Source of the DNA: Candidatus Saccharimonadota bacterium
GTDB lineage: Bacteria; Patescibacteriota; Gracilibacteria; BD1-5; UBA2023
DNA length: 32,000 nucleotides
NCBI GenBank assembly: GCA_042852035.1
Contig: BAAFHK010000001.1
Location: forward strand, 240,001-272,000
Reading direction: 5' to 3'
This document shows positions 19,016-28,164 of this stretch, one piece after another; the first letter of the stretch is position 1, and every line of letters begins with the position of its first letter. The notes beneath the pieces were generated by a model. It searched no databases. It saw only the letters and a list, made by a program, of their open reading frames with translations, and was not told the DNA's origin. The translations under genes were made by a program, and so were the position numbers.

Positions 19016-19300
19016 CTATATTTTTGCTTTTTCAGTAGAAAATGCTGGAAGATTCTCGAGAAACTGTTCAATTTCACTTTTTTTTGTATTCTGGAGGTCA
19101 GTATAGTATTCTTCTAGAGAAATAAGCCTCGCATCGAGAAATGCTCGCTCAGAATGAGTAAGAATGACTCGAGTGATTTCCTCGAACTGCATATTATACT
19201 GGAGAAGTTTTTTCACGAGCTTTTTGCTTACTTCTCGATCGTCCGTAGTTCCGAAGAGTTCACGAAGACGAGGTGATTCTTTACGAGTGCGAGGAGGCAT
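19016..19300 (-). CDS. Hypothetical 94-aa protein
   Basis: The first in-frame ATG (19300) gives MPPRTRKESPRLRELFGTTDDREVSKKLVKKLLQYNMQFEEITRVILTHSERAFLD... The open frame extends to 19402 but only with a TTG start. I recognise no family. Confidence 0.5.
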   Translation of the reverse strand: MPPRTRKESPRLRELFGTTDDREVSKKLVKKLLQYNMQFEEITRVILTHSERAFLDARLISLEEYYTDLQNTKKSEIEQFLENLPAFSTEKAKI

Positions 19301-19659
19301 TGGTATTTTGTATTTATTTATATTTTTATAGTAGTGAGGGAAGGGGTTCTTTCCTCGCTCGAGGCATGAATATATCCTACTCGATTTATAATTTTCTCGC
19401 AAATAGTTGCTCTTGATTTTTTTAATTTCTGTTTAAAAAAAGAAATCTTTTCACTCGAGTTCCTCAATATATTCATTTTCTTAAAGAAAAAGTTCTTTTG
19501 AGATTTTCTAAAATCTCCTATTCGGGAGATGTGCTCGGTAAAAAATAATTTCTGCTTGCTTTCTTATAATGTTTTCCTATAATCCGCTCGCATTTTTGGT
19601 CAAAGTGCTTTTTATATCCTTCTTATCGCTTGCGGTAAGATATAACCCATAGGATTCAT

Positions 19660-19944
19660 ATGAGAAAATACGAACTTATGATGATCGTAGATCCTGCTCT
19701 TACGGTAGCTGACAGAGATGCTCTTGTTACTGTAATAAAGTCAGAGCTTACAGATCACGGTGCGAAAATTGTTTCGCAAGCTCATCCAGGTGAGCAAAAG
19801 CTTGCATACCGTATTCACGGAAGTCAAGTTGGCTATTATCTATTATATACTCTTGAGAAAGAGGGAAATTTTGTTGATGCTTCAAACGCATTTAACCTTA
19901 AAAAGGATATCTGGCGTTACATGTTTACCCGTGTAGAAGAATAA
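19660..19944 (+). CDS. rpsF: 30S ribosomal protein S6
   Basis: 94 aa, intact: MRKYELMMIVDP... It is first in the canonical rpsF-ssb-rpsR order. Confidence 0.95.
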   Translation: MRKYELMMIVDPALTVADRDALVTVIKSELTDHGAKIVSQAHPGEQKLAYRIHGSQVGYYLLYTLEKEGNFVDASNAFNLKKDIWRYMFTRVEE

Positions 19945-19966
19945 TTTTTTCATCATCATTTTTACT

Positions 19967-20386
19967 ATGAGAACTATTAACAAAGTTATCCTTATTGGAA
20001 ATATTACAAAAGACCCTTTCGTAAAAACAACAAGTGCTGGTCCAGATAAAAAGATTGCTACTTTTACAGTTGCAACAAATCGCTACTATAAATCTCCAAA
20101 TGGAGAGGCTCTCTCTGAGGCTGAATACACAAATTGTGTTGCATGGGGGCCACTTGCGGATCAGGTTGAGAAATTTCTTGTCAAAGGAAAACTTGTTTAT
20201 ATTGAGGGAAGACTAAAGACGAGAATTATCGATAAAGAAGATGGCACAAAGCTTCATAAGACTGAAGTGGTTGTCGGACAACTTATCTTCCTTTCTAAAC
20301 GAGAAGACTTTGCTGACAATTGAGCTGATTCTGGTCCAGTTTCTGATGATTTTGATGACTTCTCTGATCTTGATGATAAATTCTAA
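19967..20386 (+). CDS. ssb: Single-stranded DNA-binding protein
   Basis: OB-fold N-terminus MRTINKVILIGNITKDPF. Reading TGA 20321-20323 as Gly restores the expected acidic C-terminal tail ...DDFDDFSDLDDKF before TAA 20384-20386. Confidence 0.95.
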
Positions 20387-20421
20387 AACTTTTTGATTGA
20401 TAATTTTATAACTCAAATTAT

Positions 20422-20727
20422 ATGACTACGAAAAAGAAAAAAGTCTGTCCAATCGATGCTGCTGGAATAAAGCAGATTGATTATAAGGATACAACTCTTC
20501 TTAAGCAATATCTTACCAAGTTTAATCGTATCGTTCCACGTTACTATTCTTGAGTATCTCTTGCGAACCAAAAAAAGCTTGCACAAGCTATAAAAAGAGC
20601 TCGATATATGGCACTTCTTCCATATGTGCTTGAGGTAAATCGCCCAAGCGAGATTTCTCTTCCATCCGCTTCTGTAACTCAATCACCAACTCCTGAGACT
20701 CTTGATGAGACAGCAGTAGCCGTCTAA
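20422..20727 (+). CDS. rpsR: 30S ribosomal protein S18
   Basis: 101 aa: ...IDYKDTTLLKQYLTKFNRIVPRYYSGVSLANQKKLAQAIKRARYMALLPY... There is one TGA=Gly. The stop is TAA 20725-20727. Confidence 0.95.
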
Positions 20728-20750
20728 TTACTCAGATTTCATGATATAAG

Positions 20751-20774
20751 ATTCCCATTCCAGTTGGGAATTTT
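20751..20774 (+). terminator. Intrinsic terminator after rpsR
   Basis: 7-bp stem attccca / tgggaat with a 7-nt loop, followed by TTTT. Confidence 0.65.
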
Positions 20775-20851
20775 ATAATGTCAATTTTATTTTATAGATG
20801 CGATTAGTCGGGTATAAAACACGAAGGAAACTGCTTTTTTAGAAAATTATA

Positions 20852-20880
20852 TTGACTTTCTCTCTTAGGACTGCTATCAT
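20852..20880 (+). promoter_or_regulatory. Sigma70-like promoter of the pilin-like gene
   Basis: TTGACT (20852-20857), a 17-nt spacer, then TATCAT (20875-20880). Confidence 0.45.
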
Positions 20881-20913
20881 AGAGGGGTCCATTTATTTCT
20901 TATTTTTCTTTCT

Positions 20914-21273
20914 ATGTCACTTACAAAGTCACTTTATGCGACTATTGCAACTCTTTTTGTTGCTGAGAATGCTCTTGCTGCTGGAGCAGACACAATGTTT
21001 GGTCTTACAACTAAGGCTTCTGGAACAAATATTACTGGAGCAAATGGTACAGCGTGGGATGCTATTTCTAATATTATTAAGCAACTCCTTACTCTCGTTT
21101 CGATTATTGCCGTGCTCTATGTGCTTTGGGCAGGTTTTCAGATCATGACAGCAGGTGGTGATGAGGAGAAGGTGAAGAGCGGTCGAAAGACAATTATCTA
21201 CGTTATCGTTGGTATCGTTGTTATGTGGCTTTCATTCTGGCTCGTTTCCCTTGTTATCACTTCTCTTACATAG
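20914..21273 (+). CDS. Small two-TM secreted/membrane protein, TrbC/VirB2-type pilin-like
   Basis: 119 aa, intact. It has a signal-like N-terminus (ATIATLFVAENALAAGA). The first hydrophobic helix is followed by MTAGGDEEKVKSGRKT, then a second helix. This layout matches VirB2/TrbC-type pilins as I recall them from CPR genomes. Confidence 0.65.
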   Translation: MSLTKSLYATIATLFVAENALAAGADTMFGLTTKASGTNITGANGTAWDAISNIIKQLLTLVSIIAVLYVLWAGFQIMTAGGDEEKVKSGRKTIIYVIVGIVVMWLSFWLVSLVITSLT

Positions 21274-21287
21274 TAGAAAAAAATTTG

Positions 21288-21315
21288 AAATCCCTCGAAA
21301 GAGGGATTTTTTTAT
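21288..21315 (+). terminator. Intrinsic terminator
   Basis: 9-bp stem aaatccctc / gagggattt with a GAAA loop, followed by a T run. Confidence 0.8.
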
Positions 21316-21365
21316 TGTCTTTTTCCTGATTTTTCCTATTATAGAGTGCATCTAAATGCAATACT

Positions 21366-24062
21366 ATGGCTTACGATCACTTACGGATAGAAAAAAAATG
21401 GCAGAAATTTTGGGAAGAAAATACCACTTTTTCGACTCCTACTATTTCTGAAAAGCCAAAAAAATATATTCTCGATATGTTTCCATATCCATCGGGGGCT
21501 GGGCTTCACGTTGGTCATCCGAAATGATATACTGCAACAGATATTGTATCTCGTTACTATCATGCAAAGTGATATAACGTTCTTCATACCATGGGTTGGG
21601 ATGCTTTTGGATTGCCCGCTGAAAACTACGCCATAAAGACGGGTACACATCCTGCTATTACTACAGCACAAAATGTCACCACTTTTCGCTCCCAGATGAA
21701 GTCTCTCGGATTCTCATATGATTGGAGTCGTGAAATAGATACAACCGATCCAGAATATTATAAATGGACTCAATGGATTTTTCTTGAACTCTTCAAGCGA
21801 TGACTTGCTTACGAACAAGATCTTCCTATTAACTATTGTCCAAGTTGTAAAACTTGACTGGCAAATGAAGAGGTTCTCGCTGATAATACCTGTGATAGAT
21901 GTGGGACTCGCGTAGAACGTCGCCCAATACGACAATGGGTACTCAAAATCACTGAGTATGCAGATAGGCTTATAGAAGATCTCGAGAGTCTTGATTGGCC
22001 AGAAGGAATCAAAGAAATGCAGAGAAATTGGATAGGGAAAAGTGAGGGATGTGAGTTTGAGATGAAAAAATCTGACGATCAAACAAAAAGTATTCGCGTC
22101 TATACAACCCGTGTAGATACAGTCTTTGGGATGACGTATGCTGTACTTGCTCCAGATCATCCAAGAGTTAGAGAATTTATTACTGAAGAACAGAGACAAA
22201 TTTGTGAAAAATATATTGAATGAGTTAAGTGAAAATCTGATCTTGATCGAACAAATGAAGGTAAAAGTAAAACGGGGGTATTTACCGGATCTTATGTGAT
22301 AAATCCTTATAATGGTGAATCAGTTCCCCTTTGGATTGCTGATTTTGTTCTTGGTCATTATTGAACGGGTGCTCTTATGGCAGTTCCTGCTCACGATGAA
22401 CGAGATAGGGAATTTGCTCATTTATATTGACTTCCTATTGTTCAAAGCGTTCAAACTTCAGTTCCATTTGATGGTTGATCCTGGAAAAAGGAATATGGAG
22501 AAGATGGTATAAGCTTGGCTCTTAATCTTCCCTCAAGCGAGTCTCGAAAAGCTCTTACTGAAAAAGCAGAAAAAGAAGGCTTCTGAGAAAAAAAAGTCAA
22601 TTATAAACTTCGTGACTGGCTCTTTTCTCGTCAGAGATATTGGGGTGAGCCAATACCACTCATCCATATTGCATGAGATGATTTTGATGCACTTCCTCGT
22701 ATTGCTGACATTTCAGAGGCAAAAGACATGAATATTGCTTATATTCTTGATAAGCGAGGGACAGATAAGCGGTGTAAAAATTGTACTTGTGGTGATGTTG
22801 GTTGTGTAAAGCTTATTATCGGTGGAAAATCCTACTCAAGAGTTTATGACGGAATCTACTCAAAGATTCTTATCGATCCAAATCTTCCTGTTACGCTTCC
22901 AGAAGTTGAAAAATATGAGCCAGCAGGAGATGGTCAATCACCGCTTGCGAATGTTCCGGATTGGGTAAATATTAAACTTGCTGATAATCTCAGTGGAAAA
23001 AGAGAAACCAATACGATGCCACAGTGGTGAGGAAGTTGTTGGTACTACCTGCGATATATGGATCCGAGAAATAAAGAGGTTCTCGCAAATAAAGAGGCTC
23101 TTGATTATTGGGGAATTGTAGACGAGTATGTGGGTGGCGCTGAACATGCTGTTCTTCATCTTCTTTATGCTCGTTTCTGGCATAAGGTTCTCTTCGATGC
23201 TTGAGTTGTTCCGAAAAATGAACCATTCCAAAAGCTTACAAATGTCTGAATGATTCTTGCCTATGCTTATGAGCGAGAAGATGGAGGCCTCGTAGCGGTT
23301 GATCTTGTTATAGAGAAAGATGGAAAATTCTATGAAAAAGAAACACAAAAAGAGGTGAAGCAAGTGGTGGCAAAGATGAGTAAATCTCTCAAAAATGTAG
23401 TCAACCCAAATGATATCGTCAATGAATATGGAGCTGATACCCTTAGACTCTATGAGATGAGTATGGCTTGATTTACCGATACGGCTCCATGGAATCCTGA
23501 GGCGATTATCTGAGTTCGAAGATTTCTTGATCGAGTTTATGCGAGTTTCACAGAGTGAAAGAATCAGGCTCGTGATGATATGAAAGCGATGAAACTCCTT
23601 CATAAAACGGTGAAGAAGGTAGGAGAAGATATTGAGGGATATAAATTCAATACTGCAATTTCAGCACTCATGATCCTCCTCAATGAATGAATCCCTTCCG
23701 ATCTCGATTTTCGAAAGGAGTGGAGAGAAAAATTTCTCATACTTCTTCATCCATTTGCACCACATATTGCTGAAGAGCTTTGGATGTTTGATCATATGGG
23801 AGAGCGACCGATTTCTATTTCCACCTTTGCATGGCCAAATTTTGATGAATTTATGCTTGTGGATGATGAAGTGACTATTGCGGTTCAGGTGAATGGAAAA
23901 CTTCGAGGCACTCTTACTTGTTTTAATGGAGTAGCACAAGAAGAAGTCTCGGCACTCGCTCATGCAGATGAAAGTATAGCAAAGTGGCTTCTTGGAAAGA
24001 TTCTCGTCAAAGAAATTTTTATTCCAAATAAAATGCTCTCAATCGTTGTACGAGACGAGTAG
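21366..24062 (+). CDS. leuS: Leucine--tRNA ligase
   Basis: 898 aa in one frame (2697 nt) with many TGA=Gly. It has the HVGH (HIGH) motif, [10 protein letters not shown] (KMSKS), and the conserved blocks [17 protein letters not shown] and [11 protein letters not shown]. The stop is TAG 24060-24062. Confidence 0.97.
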
Positions 24063-24075
24063 GATGATTATCTTT

Positions 24076-24103
24076 TTGACAATTTATGTAAAAAGAATAG
24101 GAT
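24076..24103 (+). promoter_or_regulatory. Sigma70-like promoter of the RNA candidate
   Basis: TTGACA (24076-24081), a 16-nt spacer, then TAGGAT (24098-24103), directly after the leuS stop. Confidence 0.4.
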
Positions 24104-24109
24104 TCCCAA

Positions 24110-24436
24110 ATCCACGCAGTGCTCTGCTGTCGTGGATGAGGAGCTGAACCCTACCGTTCAGAGAAAAAGAGGTGTTTCTTGGCTACTACCGATACCCCCG
24201 ATACCCGAAAGGGTACTACCGCAACTCAACCTCAGCGTCGGCGTGTCCCCAAAGGTCATGCCGCACTCCAGCACGACCTGAATCCTTGTTCACGTCGTGA
24301 CTCGGACCAAACCCCGATCTTCTGGGTTCAGGCATTCCATCATCCGGGTGCATTACGGAGGGATTGATTCGCTACGGCGAGCATCGGCTTTCTCGGAAGC
24401 TTACCTTCATTCTTTTGGCCGCCTTCGGGCGGCTTT
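24110..24436 (+). ncRNA. Candidate ~330-nt structured ncRNA, class not assigned
   Basis: A GC-enriched, ORF-poor segment bracketed by a promoter and terminators. The hairpins I could draw are:
- 24111-24136 (tccacg/cgtgga)
- 24144-24161 (ctgaac/gttcag)
- 24202-24215 with a GAAA tetraloop
- 24272-24299 (cacgac..tgaa/ttca..gtcgtg)
- 24310-24328 (aaccc/gggtt)
- 24418-24433 (gccgcc-UUCG-ggcggc), followed by UUU. Confidence 0.5.
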
Positions 24437-24447
24437 AACATTTAAAC

Positions 24448-24476
24448 AAAAAAACCTTCAGTAGAGAAGGTTTTTT
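24448..24476 (+). terminator. Intrinsic terminator (second of a tandem pair)
   Basis: A7, then the stem aaccttc / gaaggtt with a 6-nt loop, then T6. Confidence 0.75.
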
Positions 24477-24600
24477 GATTACTTTATAAATTACTATTAT
24501 AAATTCGTTTTGAAGTGTCAACTTCCTCTTATAGTAAAGATATTACGATGACACCTTATATAGTTTCATGAACGCCAAGAGAAAAAATGGAGAAAAAGTT

Positions 24601-24628
24601 TTGACAAATGTTTCTAAATACATACATT
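24601..24628 (+). promoter_or_regulatory. Candidate promoter upstream of the high-GC ORF
   Basis: TTGACA (24601-24606), a 16-nt spacer, then TACATT (24623-24628). It lies in AT-rich sequence just outside the compositional boundary. Confidence 0.35.
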
Positions 24629-24734
24629 AAGAAAATCCAGTTTGATTCAGCTCAGGCTGATCCAACTGGTGTCACCGCTCGTAGGGTGAGAAACCCCGAG
24701 TATCAACTGTCCCAATGGTCAAGAGGAGAACCCA

Positions 24735-25184
24735 ATGACCCGTACCCGAATGAACCTGGCGGCTCTGGCCGCACTCGCATCCTGCGCCGGCAACGCGACC
24801 GCCCACGTGCGTACCAAGTTCGACGTCGACACCGATCCCAAGAAGGGCATCTGCGCCATCAGCGATGGCACCGACGGCGCGATCGGCGGCGGCACCGGCG
24901 TGGTCAGCACCGAAGGCGGCGAGAACAGCAATGGCACCGGCGTGGTGAACCAGGCTGGCACCGACGGCAGCGCGATCGACGGCAACCAGCAGCAGATGCA
25001 GCAGGCCGGCGCCGCGAGCACCCAGGAAGGCGATGGCCGCACGTACGACGCCAGCGCGCAGCAGCAGGCCGATGTGAGCCGCGAAGGCGATGGCAACCAG
25101 CAGCAGGCCGAGATCCCGGTGGACCGTTCCGACACCCAGCAGGGCTGATGTCGAGGTGAAGGCAGGAGTGTGGTGGAAAGATAA
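24735..25184 (+). CDS. Compositionally foreign lipoprotein, low-complexity G/T/D/Q-rich (standard-code end 25148; code 25 end 25184)
   Basis: GAGGAG lies 6 nt upstream of the ATG. The signal peptide plus lipobox is MTRTRMNLAALAALAS-C. Third codon positions are almost all G/C. Internal repeats are GTGVV x2, EGDG x2 and NQQQ x2. There is no internal TGA. The terminal TGA 25146-25148 would be read as Gly here, adding GCRGEGRSVVER before TAA 25182-25184. The overlapping ORFs in other frames and strands look like typical high-GC shadows. Confidence 0.6.
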
Positions 25185-25205
25185 GTTCACGATCCACCTC
25201 CTGCC
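25161..25205 (+). other. GC-rich hairpin downstream of the foreign ORF
   Basis: The arms ggcaggag(t)gtgg and ccacctcctgcc form 12 bp with one bulge and a 20-nt loop. No U tract follows. Confidence 0.5.
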
Positions 25206-25309
25206 CCCCCAATACCAAAATAAAGAAAATCGATACAAGTTGATGTAAGTTGATGCATTTCGAAAGAATCTTATCTTAGGATTTTTCCGAAATGGAGTCT
25301 CTTCACGAC

Positions 25310-25346
25310 AAAAAGAAAGGAGCGCCCCTTCCGGGAGCGCTCTTTC
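25310..25346 (-). terminator. Strong GC-rich intrinsic terminator for the minus-strand operon
   Basis: Stem ggagcgcccc-UUCC-ggg(a)gcgctc. On the minus strand it is followed by tttctttttg. Confidence 0.75.
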
Positions 25347-25358
25347 AAATTGTAATTT

Positions 25359-26099
25359 TTATAATGGTTTCAATTGAGCTTTTCTTATGCCAAGTTGCTC
25401 TGTGAAATTTCTTATCACTCCAGCATCAAGTGGTGTTTGAATGAGGGTGTTTCTGCTATCAGGTGAGGCATACCTCATGGCTGGTATTGCTCAGGAATAT
25501 GACGCAAGAATGGTAGGAAGTTCTCTCCTAAGTGCATCTCTATCCTTGAGGCTTCAATTTTTGATAGCCTCTTCGAGATGATTTGTGAGAGTAAGAAGTG
25601 CCACTCATTCAACATAGAGAATAATATGGGGAATTCTCATTTGCCGCCTTCATACGTATACCTCGTGCGACCATTTTCAATGATTTATTACCTTCTCATC
25701 GAGTCATCTTTCATTCATAGTGAAGTCAACTGATATATAGCGAACTCAGTTTCCGGTAGTTGCCTTAAGAATAGCGTCAGTATGGTTACGAACATCATCT
25801 ATAATACTACTCAGCCACATTTCATAAGAGACAATATTGTCAGATTTTGCTGCAATAAGCGCCCGAATTACTTGAATAGCTACCCACTCTGGAATTCGCT
25901 GATTTTTTATAATATAGGGTCAGCGCTTGTGTTTTATATCATCTAGTGCGTTATTTACTGCAAATGTTGCAAGTCCTTCTAGATCCATTGGTGAGACCCT
26001 TCTTTCCTGTCATCCTCATGCTGTGATTACTTTTCAGAGGTGTGGAAACATATCAACCCTTCATTGTTCCGCTCCAATTCATAGGAAGCGATTATCCAT
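25359..26099 (-). CDS. Hypothetical 246-aa protein (no family recognised)
   Basis: A single frame of 741 nt with about 14 TGA=Gly: MDNRFLGIGAEQGRVDMFPHLGKVITAGGGQERRVSPMDLEGLATFAVNNALDDIKHKRG... An in-frame TAA just upstream fixes the start. It lies 27 nt downstream of the cofD-like gene. Confidence 0.7.
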
Positions 26100-26125
26100 A
26101 CAAAGTTAGTTATCGAAATAAGTTC

Positions 26126-27124
26126 TTATTTTATCCAACCTTCTATAATATCTTCAATGACCTTGAAGAGTTTATCAGGGTCATGCCTGACATAGTCACC
26201 TGAGGTGCTCACAAGATCTCTTTCGATTAATTTATATCCTTTGTTCGCAAAAAGAGAAAGATCCTTTATTTTGAGAGGTTTCTTATTTTCCTCTGCCTTA
26301 TATTTTGCTACGATTTCATCAGGGATTTGCGTATTATTGGCGATAACATAGTCGAGTCTTCCTGGGTCAATATAACGTTCGATTGTGTTTACGAAATCTA
26401 TTACTTCCATGTTTGTTGTTTCTCCTCGTTTCGTCATAGCATTACAGACATAGATGATTTTTCCTGTAGTTTCATGGAGTGCTTCTCGCATTCCTTTTGA
26501 GAGAAGATTGGGCACAATGCTCGTATAGAGGTCTCATGGCCCGATGATAATATAATCTGCAGAAAGGATTGATTCACGAGCTCGAGGATTGAGATTTCCT
26601 TCAGCTCATTCAAGCCAGGCATCGATAATATTCTGATCGATATTATGAGTTCGTTCAAAATCATTTTTATCAGAAACATCGATATATTTCTCTCAGACTA
26701 CTACGGTCCCATCTTCGAATCTGGCAGCCAAGTGAACATCCTCGAGAGTGACAGGAATGACTCGGCCTCGTACGTCAAACATCTCACTCATAGTATCGAT
26801 GGCTCTTTCGTAGTTGCCATTGTGTATACCGACCAAGGCAGTAAGGAGAACATTTCCTATTTTATTTCCACCGATAACGCCATCTTCATCGAATTTATAT
26901 TCAAAAAGTTTCCGGACCATCTCGGTATTTTTTGCGAGCGCAGCGATAGCTCGACGCATATCACCAGGGGGGAGAATGCCGAATTTATCACGTATGAGTC
27001 AAGCGGTTCCACCGCTATCGGCCACGGCAATAACCGCAGAAATCTTATAATTTTCATGCTTCTTCAGTCAATAAAGGACGTTGAAGTTTCCAGCTCCACC
27101 TCAAATGGTTACAATATTTGGCAT
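26126..27124 (-). CDS. YvcK/CofD-family protein (UPF0052, gluconeogenesis-factor-like)
   Basis: 332 aa: MPNIVTIGGGAGNFNVLYGLKKHENYKISAVIAVADSGGTAGLIRDKFGILPPGDMRRA... ORFs 26126-26515 and 26693-26959 and the N-terminus are all in one frame. Confidence 0.9.
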
Positions 27125-27269
27125 AGAGTTTTTTTATAATACTTGAGATATTTTATTAAAATATAATTCTTTTTTCTCAATAGTTTCAGTCAAAAATCAG
27201 GAAACAAATTTTGCTTTTTTCTCGATAAATGGTAGGATTATAATGTTTTATTTATTAACGCAAGCCCAC

Positions 27270-28148
27270 ATGACTGGAGTAACACTTTTTTGGCTTCTTG
27301 TAGTCATCGCCGTAATGATCCCGATGTTTATCAGAAAGATAAATCAGGGTGAAGTATGACTTCGTGAATTTCTCGGTAAGTATACTGATACGGTAGGTCC
27401 GGGTATATTCTTTCTTATTCCAGGCATCCAATCAGTGAGAAAGGTTGATATTCGTGAACAAGTAGTGACTGTGCCAGAGCAGCAAATTATTACAAAGGAT
27501 AATGTAGGAATGGCGGTTGATGGAGTTATCTATGTTCAAATTACGGATCCATATCAGGCAACCTATGATATTAATAATGTTTTCATGGCTGTTGTGAATC
27601 TTGCACAGACGAATCTCCGAAGCGTACTTGGTACAATGACTTTGGATGAAACTCTCTCAAATCGTGAAATTATTAATGGAAAGCTTCTTGAGTCCCTTGA
27701 TCGTGAGACTGGAAAATGGGGAATAAAAGTACTTCGCGTTGAAATTAAGCGCCTCGATCCACCAGATGATATTCAGAACTCGATGAGTAAACAGATGAAA
27801 GCTGAGCGAGAAAAACGCGCTCAAATACTTGAAGCTGAAGGATATAAGCAATCTCTTATTACAAAAAGTGAATGAGATAAGCAATCGCAGATTCTCCAGG
27901 CAGAATGAGAAAAGGAAGCCCAACTTCTCCGTGCACAATGAGAGGCGAGCGCTATGGTAGCGGTTGCTGAGGCAAAGGCAAAATCTCTTGAACTCGAGGC
28001 GAATGCTGCCGTATCTTACTTTAAGTGAGCTGCTATAACAAAAGAACAGCTCAAAGTTATCGAAGGTGCTCTTGGTCAAAATACAAAATATATTCTTGAT
28101 AGTGATATTCTTGCTTGAGTCTCAAAGATTTTCTGAGCCGCAAAATAA
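27270..28148 (+). CDS. SPFH/band-7 (stomatin/HflK/C-like) protein
   Basis: 292 aa with an N-terminal TM, and ...VDIREQVVTVPEQQIITKDNVGMAVDGVIYVQI...RLDPPDDIQNSMSKQMKAEREKRAQILEAEG... It contains several TGA=Gly. The stop is TAA 28146-28148. Confidence 0.9.
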
Positions 28149-28164
28149 TTTTTAATTATCTTCT

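Noticed and set aside
19560-19659. Possible S6:S18-binding leader structure upstream of rpsF (hairpin TTATCGC/GCGGTAA around 19622-19637)
   Set aside because: The stem is short and its loop is too small. I cannot verify the rRNA-mimic motif by eye. It remains a possibility for a covariance-model search only.
1737-23603. Long antisense or alternate-frame ORFs in the track, e.g. 1737-2213 (+), 4680-5285 (+), 7898-8251 (+), 12887-13294 (+), 18255-18611 (+), 21714-22199 (-), 22938-23603 (-), 26645-27139 (+)
   Set aside because: Each lies opposite a well-supported conserved gene (DUF305, U32, TauE, Grx/rhodanese, Obg, LeuS, YvcK). Their translations are low-complexity or hydrophobic with no motifs.
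24110-24436. RNase P RNA, tmRNA or SRP RNA assignment for the leuS-downstream RNA
   Set aside because: The CR-I-like and CGGCUU elements are too close together and P4 pairs poorly. There is no GGGG...CCACCA acceptor pairing and no tag ORF ending in Ala-Ala-stop. There is no GGAAGCAGC-type SRP helix-8 motif.
24608-25238. Long ORFs overlapping the high-GC segment: the Arg-rich plus-frame ORF 24608-25159, and the minus-strand ORFs 24672-25238, 24719-25135 and 24904-25218
   Set aside because: They are typical shadow frames of a high-GC gene. They are Arg/Ala/Gly-rich nonsense with no start context. Only the 24735 frame has a Shine-Dalgarno motif, a signal peptide and strong third-position GC bias.
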